Source: Anthoceros angustus | Taxonomy: Eukaryota; Plantae; Anthocerotophyta | NCBI GenBank assembly: GCA_010909165.1 | Contig: VJWM01000007.1 | Location: 682,001 to 746,000, forward strand | Length of the DNA stretch: 64,000 nt | Reading direction: 5' to 3' | Shown: positions 55,201 through 64,000 of the stretch, in pieces | How positions within the stretch are numbered: position 1 is the first letter of the stretch | Layout: the number at the start of each line of letters is the position of its first letter | Translations under genes and position numbers: made by a program | The notes under the pieces: model-generated | Databases searched by the model: none | The model's input: the letters and a program-made list of their open reading frames with translations, nothing else | What the model was told of the DNA's origin: nothing

Positions 55201-58200
55201 GGTTACCAAGTCATGACAGAGCCCAGTGGTCAGGTGGATAAGGTGATACAGTTGTATGAGACGATGCTCACTCGTCACACTACTATGGTGGTTGGTCCAA
55301 CTGGTGGAGGAAAGAGTGTTGTCATTCATAGTCTGGCACGAGCTCAAACAAGACTGAACTTCCCAACGAAGCTCCACATTATTAATCCTAAAGCTCAACC
55401 GACTAGTGAATTGTATGGATTGATGGGTAAACTATTCTTGTGGCCTCAGTAGCTTCTCCAACCGACAGTTGTGGTAGGTCCACTCACATTGTTGACCGAC
55501 AACAGATCCGGATACTCGTGACTGGACGGATGGACTGCTGTCGAGCATATTCCGGGAAATCAACAAACCCACGACCGTGGAGAAGAATGACCGAAACTAT
55601 CTTGTGTTTGATGGTGATGTTGATGCATTGTGGGTGGAGGACATGAACAGTGTCATGGATGACAACAAACTGCTCACACTGCCAAACGGAGAGCGCATTC
55701 GGCTTAGAGACAGTTCGAAGCTGCTATTTGAGGTTTGTACAGATTTCCCACAGTAGAGTAGCCAATGTGCATCTTTTTGTCTGGGTTTTCCAATCTCTCC
55801 AATTGGCAGGTGGCAGACTTGCAGTATGCTTCCCCAGCTACTGTAAGCAGGTGTGGAATGGTATATGTTGACAACAAAAATCTAGGCTATCGGCCCTTCA
55901 TATGGAAATGGTGCAATTCTCGCAAAAAGTAAGCTGAAGCAGGCCCTGAAGTTCTCTTGTTTGCCTTAGAGCCATACGGTTGGGTTTCACCTCACACGAT
56001 GATTACAGGGCAGAAGAAGCCGATGTTCTGAGAGATCTAATGGACAAATATGTAAAGAGGTGCATAGACTTCATCCTGGAGGGACTTGCAGATGATGTAA
56101 TCACCATGCCATTGCAGCAGACAATTCCTTTAACCAATCTGAACATGGTGATCCAGCTATGCACTCTTTTGGAGGTTATCCTGACCGAGGACACAACAGT
56201 TTGTAATCCCACGGTCTGGACTGAACACCAATTTTTTGGCTGAGGTACCACGTTTTTGGGGATATAGGCTTTAACTGCGAGCTCATATTCTGTTTGGGAT
56301 GGACTGTGAATATTTTCAGACGCTGGAGGCCTTGTTCGTTTTCTGCTTGATATGGTCTCTTGGGGGAACCATCGTGCAATCAGGCGCAATCAAGGACCGT
56401 GACCGCTTTGAAAAGTTCGTGAAAGGTTGTGCTTGCATTGGCACAAGTTCCGGTGATCCTGTTCCACCATCCCAACTTCCTGAGTCATCCCTTTATGAGT
56501 ACTGCTTCAATACACAGGATCTGCAGTGGCGATCCTGGAAATCTATGGTTCCAGACTACGTGGTACAGTAGGATGCTTGTGATTCCATTTGCCTGGGGAT
56601 CTCGACCTATACTCCCTCTTCTGAGCTCTCTAACTTGGTTTCCTTGGCGCCTACAGCCACCTCCAGACAAAGTGTTCAGCAAAATATTGGTACCGACTGT
56701 GGACACCTTGCGTTCTACTCATCTTTTGGATACTTTGGTCAAGGTGAGAGTCCTCCACCTGCTAATCCACAGTGGGTGTCTGCAACTAGCTAGCTCCAGT
56801 AAGCTGCCTGAGGATCTGGTGTTAGGGCTGATTGGAGGAGCTCTGATATTTCAGGCACGGAGAGCTGTGCTGTTTATTGGAGAGAGTGGAACAGCAAAGA
56901 CTGTAGCAATTCAGAAATACTTCAGTGGCTTGCCCACTGCTAGTTACCTCATTCTAGGAATGAATTTCAGCAGCCGAACAACATCAATGGATGTTCAGCT
57001 AATGGTTGAAGACGCTGTGGAAAAGCGAACAAAGGTCTGTGCATGCCTTCTTTAACTCTCTAAATTTGTGCTGCGGATGCTCTTATAATTCATAAGAAGT
57101 TGGATCTTGTGCAGGATACATACGGCCCACCAATGGGCAGAACCATGATAGTTTTCATTGATGACCTGAATATGCCCAGAGTGGATACATATGGGACCCA
57201 GCAGCCAATTGCGATGCTAAAGCTCTTAATCGAGCGTGGTGGTATTTATGATAGAGGGTAGGGTTCTCTAATTTGTTCTCTGTGCAATAGAATGGCTGGA
57301 TTTGCCTTGGTTGGCTCCATCCTCATACAGCAGGGCTTGACATCAACACACTCTGCTCAAACTGCAGGAAGGAGCTGAACTGGAAGAACATGAAGGACAT
57401 CCAGTTTGTGGGAGCAATGGGGCGACCAGGTGGAGCAAGAAACCCTGTTGATCCCCGATTCATCTCTCTGTTCAGCTGCTTTGAGATTCAATTTCCTTCA
57501 AACGCATCGCTTTCCCACATATACAATGCCATTTTAGAGGCTCATGTGAAGAACCTTGTAGCGGAAATCCAGGTCTCTTTCTATTCCTCAAGATGTCCTA
57601 CAACTGGATGTTGTATTATCATGTTCCCAGCTTCACTGCTGGATTTATCAGCAAGCAGAGTTGAGGATTTTGATTCACCCTTCAGCAAGCATTTGACTGT
57701 TTGACTTTGTTGGCAGGATCTTGCAGGAGCAATCACTGACCTGACGCTCGGCTTGTACAACTATGTTATTGACAAATTACCGCCGACCCCATCTAGATTC
57801 CACTATATTTTCAATCTGCGTGATTTGAGTCGTATTTATGAAGGCCTATGTTTGTCAACACCTGATAGAGTTAAAACTGCCACGCAAATGCTGCGCTTGT
57901 GGCGAAATGAATGTCTTAGAATTTTCTATGACCGATTGATCAACGACAGGGACAAGGAAATCGTTGAGGTACATCGACAATCTGCCATTGGGATAGTGTA
58001 TTCTCCGTTCTTCAAATTTTCAATCTTGTTCGTCGTAATGCACACTGTGTCCTGCCTGTCACAGACAAAACTTTCTGAGCTGCTTAACCAGAAGCACGCA
58101 GCTATAGTAGAACCAATCCTGGCGAATCCTATTTTATTTGGAGACTATCGCCTAGCCCTTCATCCTGGAGAAGCAAGGTTGTATGAAGATCTCGGCAACT

Positions 58201-61200
58201 TCGAGCGGGTGAAGAACCTGTTTGAGGAGATACTGGATGAATACTGTCTTGTGAACAAGAAGATGAATCTCGTTATGTTTGAAGATGCTCTGGAACACCT
58301 TACTCGGATTCATCGCATTTTGCGCCTCGAACAGGTAAATCTGTGCGTAGTATCTAAGTCAACCATGTCAGTTATTTGCCTCAGATCTTTAATTGGAGCC
58401 TCACATTGTACATATAGGGAAACACTCTCCTCGTAGGAGTGGGAGGAAGCGGCAAGAAAAGCCTTTCAAAACTAGCAGGTTTTGCTGCAGGATGCAAAAG
58501 TTTTGAAATCACATTAACACGTGGTTACAATGAAGAACTGTTCCGTGAGGACCTTAAGAAGCTGTATTCCATATTGGGCGTGGAAAATTTGCCCGTCGCA
58601 TTTCTGTTTACTGATGCACATGTCGCAGACGAGGGTTTCCTAGAACTTATCAACAATATGCTGACTTCTGGCATGGTGCCAGCCTTATTTAAAGAAGATG
58701 AAAAAGATGGAATGATCGGCCAGGTATGGCATGTTGTCCAACGGTGTTGTTTTCCTTTGGCGAACATGTGCAACGCTTGCTACTGAACCTTTACCATTAA
58801 ATCCTATGCAGGTGAGGGAAGCTGTTACCGCAGCAGGTATTGTGGACACAAAAGAAAATTGCTGGGGATATTTCATAAGCAGGTGTAGAAGAAATCTTCA
58901 CCTTATTCTGGCGATGTCACCTGTTGGAGACACTTTAAGAACCAGATGCCGAAATTTTCCGGGACTGGTATAGCCGCCGACTTCGCACCACGAACTTCCT
59001 GCCCAGCATTAAGAACTTGGGTTGTGATCTGCTAAAACTGGCTGCATACTCGTCTGTTACATATACGCAGGTTAATAACTGCGTAATTAACTGGCTGAGC
59101 CCGTGGCCCGAAGAAGCGCTCAAGTCTGTAGCCTCTGTGTTTTTAGCAGAAGTGGACCTTCCGGATGAGCTGCGTGAGCCTATTTTGGAGCACATAGTCA
59201 TGGTCCATCAGTCAGTCTGTAGACTTAGTGAGGTGTTTGAGCAACAGATGCGGAGGCACAATTATGTCACTCCAAAGAACTTTTTGGATTTCATTATAAA
59301 TTATCGTAATGCGTTGAAGACAAACAGGAAAAACAACGCTGATATGTGTAAAAGACTTGATGGAGGGCTGCAGAAACTTATACAAGCCGCCCAAGAAGTT
59401 GCTGTCATGCAGGTGGAATTGGCGACATGGGAGTGGATACAAGGTCCGGCTTTAGGACCCTAAAGCGCTAACAAGTTACTTGTTTGATATGACAGGTGAC
59501 TCTTGCAGATGCAAAAGTGGTGGTAGATGAGAAAACAAACCAATGCAACGCCTTGCTGGAGGTCATCAGGTTTATACACATTCCCCGACCTCTGTAGTCC
59601 GCTTTCGTGCGTCAGGCGGGTGTATACATTCGTTAACAACTGTTTAACTGGTGACCTATCAGTCGAAATACAGCTGAAGTGCAAAGTAAACAAGCAGTTG
59701 CGCAAGAAAAGCAATCTGACCTCGCCAAACAAGGGGAGTTGATTACCAAGGAAAAGGGGGAAGCAGAGATAGCTCTTGCTGAGGCTCTCCCAGCCCTTGA
59801 AGCTGCTGCAGAGGCCTTGAACAACTTGAAGAAGGATGAGATCACTGAGATCCGGTCCTTCGCCAAACCCCACATATTAGTGCAGAAGGTAATATCACTC
59901 AGTCAACTTCCGCAGATCTTCTTGCTGCCGGGTGCAAACGTTTTCACTGGGGCCCTTGTTCCAGGTCTGTGAATGCGTCGTAATACTCAAAGGCATCAAG
60001 GATGTCTCCTGGAAGGGCGCCAAGGCAATGATGGCTGACAATAGGTTTCTAGCCACGTTGCAGGAGTTTGACAAAGACAACATCAACGAGAAACAGGTAT
60101 CCACAGAAACCACGGTCTGTCAGCTCCTGCCAGAATGTGTGTGATGACACTTTGATGGACGATGTCCCAGATCAGGGCCTTGAAGGAGTATTTCAAAGAT
60201 CCAAAGTTGTCGTTGGAGGATGTTTCAACGGTGTCCACAGCTGGAGCTGGATTGCTTCGTTGGGTTATTGCGATGATGAACTACTATGCAATAGCAAAAG
60301 TTGTGCAACCCAAACGTCTGGCTGTCGCCACAGCCGAGAAAAACCTTCGGAATGCTCAGACTGAACTGGAAAGAATAGTAGCAGAGGTCTGTAACACAGT
60401 CATGTAGAGCTTGGGACTGCAGTTTGCGGACTTTACTTTCCCATCCCTCTTGGTGCACGGCTTGGTGTAGCAGGTCCCTCGACGCTGATCCCTGACTTCT
60501 ATTGCAGATAACCCAACTTTCCGCTCAATTACAAGGTTTAAGTAAACAGTTCGAAGGGAGTACCGCCGAGCAGCAGGACCTGAAGTCAAAAGCAGATCTC
60601 ATGGAAAAGCGACTGGATGCAGCTGAAAGGCTTATCACTGGTCTTGGTTCAGAGCGTGTCCGATGGACAAAGGATATCGAAGATCTGGCAGTCGCGAAAG
60701 AGAAGTTCTTGGGTGACTGCTTGGTGACTTCTAGTTTTCTCAGGTACTTTCTCGATCAGACAAAAATAATCAGGGAGAGGGCAAGCCATGAGTTTGGTGA
60801 AGTGCAATCTGCCCGTTTGGATTACGTTCCCTTCTGCTCTAATGGCTTGGGGTCTCCATGTCGCAGCTATACAGGAGCTTTCACTGTAGACTTCAGAAAC
60901 CAGATGCTGTTTGACATCTGGCTACCCGACCTGAAAGCCAAAGCAGTCCCCACCACAGATCCGTTTCGATTGGAATCCTTGCTGACTAGTGAGGTGGAGA
61001 TCAGCAGATGGGTCAATGAAGGGCTTCCTTCAAATGACCTGTCCATACAAAATGGCATTCTCACCACGAGATCTTCACGGTTCCCCCTTTGCATCGACCC
61101 CCAAATGCAGGTGCCAATGTGCTTGCTTGTGCTCCTTAGATTGCAAACATCGTATACTATGTCACCTTATTTCGCGATCGACTGCAGGCAATAAACTGGA

Positions 61201-64000
61201 TAAAGAGGAAAGAAGGAAAACAACTGGAAGGACGAGTCAGATCCTTCAATGACTCTGATTTCCTCAAGCAGCTGGAACTTGCTATCCAGTATGGATTCCC
61301 GTTCATGTTTGAGAACGTTGACGAGTACATTGATCCTGTCATAGATCCGGTTTTGGAAAAGCTTACAGTTTCAGGACCCGGTGGACGAAAAACAATCAAA
61401 CTTGGGGATAAAGACATTGAATGGGTAAATGTCGGCTATGACTTGGAAGGTGTAAAAGTGAGTTGAGCGGGAATTTACGCGTTGTATATTGTGCAGGATG
61501 ATGGGTTTCGCCTTTACATGATCAGTAAATTACCGAACCCGCATTATGGACCTGAAATATCAGGGAAGACAATGATTATCAACTATAGTGTGACCGAACA
61601 AGGCCTCACGTCACAACTGCTAAACGCTACAGTAAGCCTAGTAACGTTGTGCAGCTCTTTTGTGCTGCTGCATCAGATCCATACTCTGAGAGTCGAGCTC
61701 TAACTCAGGTTAGGCATGAAAGACCGGATTTGGAAGAACAGAGGGAGAATTTAGTACGGGATACAAGTGAAAATAAGACCCTCCTCAAACAGTTGGAAGA
61801 TACCCTTCTTCGAGTAAAGAGAAAAATTACATTAGTTTAAGCTAAATTTTATATATTCATATTTTTTTATACATGTGGGGTTTGTCTTCCAGGAGTTGAG
61901 TAATGCGACAGGAAATATTTTAGATAATGAAGAACTTATAACTACTTTAGAAAATACTAAAGGCAAGGCATCAGAAATCTCACAGAAGTTGGCTTTGGCA
62001 CGAGATACCGCTGTTGAAATTGAACAGGTACTTATGTTTTACATATGTACAAATTAAAGATCTCCATACGGGTATCGATATGGAAGCTAATAAAAATGTC
62101 ACAATGATTCTTGTATAGCTACGATCACGGTATACATCTGCAGCGAAACGAGGTGCAATCCTATTTTTTGTGATGTCAGCACTCTCCGCCATCAACAATA
62201 TGTATGAATATTCTTTATCGTCTTTCCTATCGGTATTTCAAATATCTCTTGCTACAAGCAAAAGAGATGCCACTCTGGAAGGACGATTACGCAATATTAT
62301 TGATGCCCTTACTTATGATGTGTATAACTATACGTGTACTGGACTTTTTGAGAAACACAAGTTGATGTTGTCATTTCACATGACTAGTAGAATTATGGAT
62401 GGAGAAAAGAATTTGAACCATGAACAGCTAGGCTTCTTCTTGAAAGGAAACTTGTCTCTAGAAAAGTCAGCTATTTTGCGCCCTTATGATTGGATGCCCG
62501 ATCAAGGTTGGCAGGATATGGTACGGATGATGGATTTGGGTGGTCAGTTTAAGGAGTTGGCAGAACATTTTCAAATTAATGAGAATGAGAATGGTTGGAG
62601 ACTATGGTACGATGAAGAAAAACCTGAAGATGTTCCACTACCTGGAGGGTTTAGCGAAAGGCTCAATACCTTTGAGCTTCTACTAGTATTGCGGTGTTTT
62701 AGGATTGATAGAATAACTGTTGCGCTCACAGTAAGTAAGGTTTCACATATCATAAAATCATTTTATTATACTTTTATTGATTCAAAGTAATATGACATAT
62801 ATTATGGTATTTGCAGAAATATGTTATGGAGAAAATGGGGGAGAAGTATGTGATCCCCCCGGTATTGGACTATAAGACAGTCCATCGGCAAAGCTCGGCG
62901 TTAACGCCTATTGTCTTTATTTTAAGCCCCGGCGCTGATCCTGCATTTGATGTATTTAATCTTGGAGAAGAAATGGGCTTCAAAGCGGGGGCTAAACTCA
63001 AGTATATGGCATTGGGTCAGGGCATGGGTCCTAAAGCGCAAGAGATGATTGAGACAGGATCTTCGCGTGGCTTATGGGTGATGTTGCAAAACTGTCACCT
63101 TCTACCCTCGTGGTTGAAGACCCTGGAAAAAATATTAGAAAAACTACTAAAACCACATGAGGATTTCCGATTGTGGCTCACAACCGAACCTACATCAACC
63201 TTTCCTCTTGGTATCCTACAAAGGAGCTTAAAAGTGGTGACAGAGCCCCCGAATGGCCTCAAGCTAAACATGAAATCATCATATGCAAAAATCACGGAAG
63301 AAGGACTTGCAGACTGTCCTCACCCGGCTTTTCGAACACAAGTATGTTATGTTGATGAAGTTGCGCGCAAGTTAAAACAAGAAAACAAAATGAACAAGGT
63401 TATTGAGCATTTGATGTGGGTAGCAGGTGTACGTCCTGGCCTTCTTCCATGCGGTGGTGCAAGAAAGACGCAAATATGGACGACTTGGATGGAATGTAGC
63501 GTACGATTTCAACGAGACCGACATGAGAATCAGGTAAGTAATTACGCATATGGTGAGGCAAGCATAAGAAAATTGATTTGGGCGAGAGTGAAGAGAGCTC
63601 CGCGGCGTTTGCTGGTTTGGTGATGCAGCATGGCGTTGATCTCCACGTATCTGAGAAAAGCTTGGGACAACAAGGATGACACCATTCCTTGGGGCACACT
63701 GCGGTACTTGATCGGAGAAGCCATGTACGGTGGGCGTGTGTCAGACTCGTTCGATCGCCGAATCTTGAAGACATACCTGGACGAATACTTGGGGGACTTC
63801 CTGTTCGATAAGTTCCACCCTTTCATCTTCTTCACGGGTCACGATGGGGTGAGCTACGAGCTTCCACCGTCCGGACCCAGAGACACCTACGTGCAGATGA
63901 TCGAGTCCCTTCCCATCGTCCAAACTCCCGAAGTGTTCGGATTGCACCCCAACGCTGACATCAGCTACTACACCACCACCACCAAAATGACGTGGAGAGG
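43289..64000 (+). CDS. DNAH10: Axonemal dynein heavy chain, inner-arm I1/f alpha type (many exons; 3' end beyond the window)
   Basis: P-loops GPAGTGKT (about 53915), GPTGGGKS (about 55293), GESGTAKT (about 56879), GVGGSGKK (about 58436); [43 protein letters not shown]; stalk and AAA5/AAA6 segments. The first exon has apparent frameshifts, so the start is inferred. Confidence 0.93.
45111..45167 (+). repeat. (GGGAAAT)n heptamer array, about 8 copies, in a dynein intron
   Basis: Perfect repeats read directly, inside the intron at about 45096-45232. Confidence 0.95.
48521..48574. repeat. Perfect 27-bp tandem duplication in a dynein intron
   Basis: CCTCGTGCTGCTATCCAAGCTTGACCT at 48521-48547 and 48548-48574. 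Confidence 0.95.

Overview
Eukaryotic nuclear DNA from a gene-dense land plant with mostly short (about 80-150 bp) introns. An axonemal inner-arm dynein gene implies flagellated sperm; the compactness fits a hornwort-like bryophyte, which is an inference. Genes in order: MUS81 (5' part, -), adenylate kinase (+), PUB62/63-like U-box protein (-), CorA-like membrane protein (-), a decayed PLS-PPR fragment (+), PLPBP/YggS (-), a signal peptide peptidase with an intronless CDS (-), CCDC86-like (+), group-B TEY MAP kinase (+), class A1 heat-shock factor (-), then an ~11 kb non-host island, then alanine aminotransferase (+), P-class PPR (+), pyroglutamyl peptidase I (-), PRMT4/CARM1 (+) and a >20 kb DNAH10/I1-alpha-type dynein heavy chain (+, cut by the window end). 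The most unusual element is the island at 18419-29624. It contains a frameshifted, internally reiterated non-LTR retrotransposon with C2H2 zinc finger - RT - CCHC knuckle - restriction-like endonuclease architecture (CRE/R2-like, not the usual plant L1/RTE type). Its 3' end lies about 240 bp upstream of the HSF start codon. An identical 11-bp sequence next to its poly(A) recurs 11.2 kb away and may be a target-site duplication enclosing extra same-strand ORF remnants and tandem repeats. Many indels in GC-rich and repetitive parts could be long-read consensus errors. All calls come from manual reading; no searches were run.
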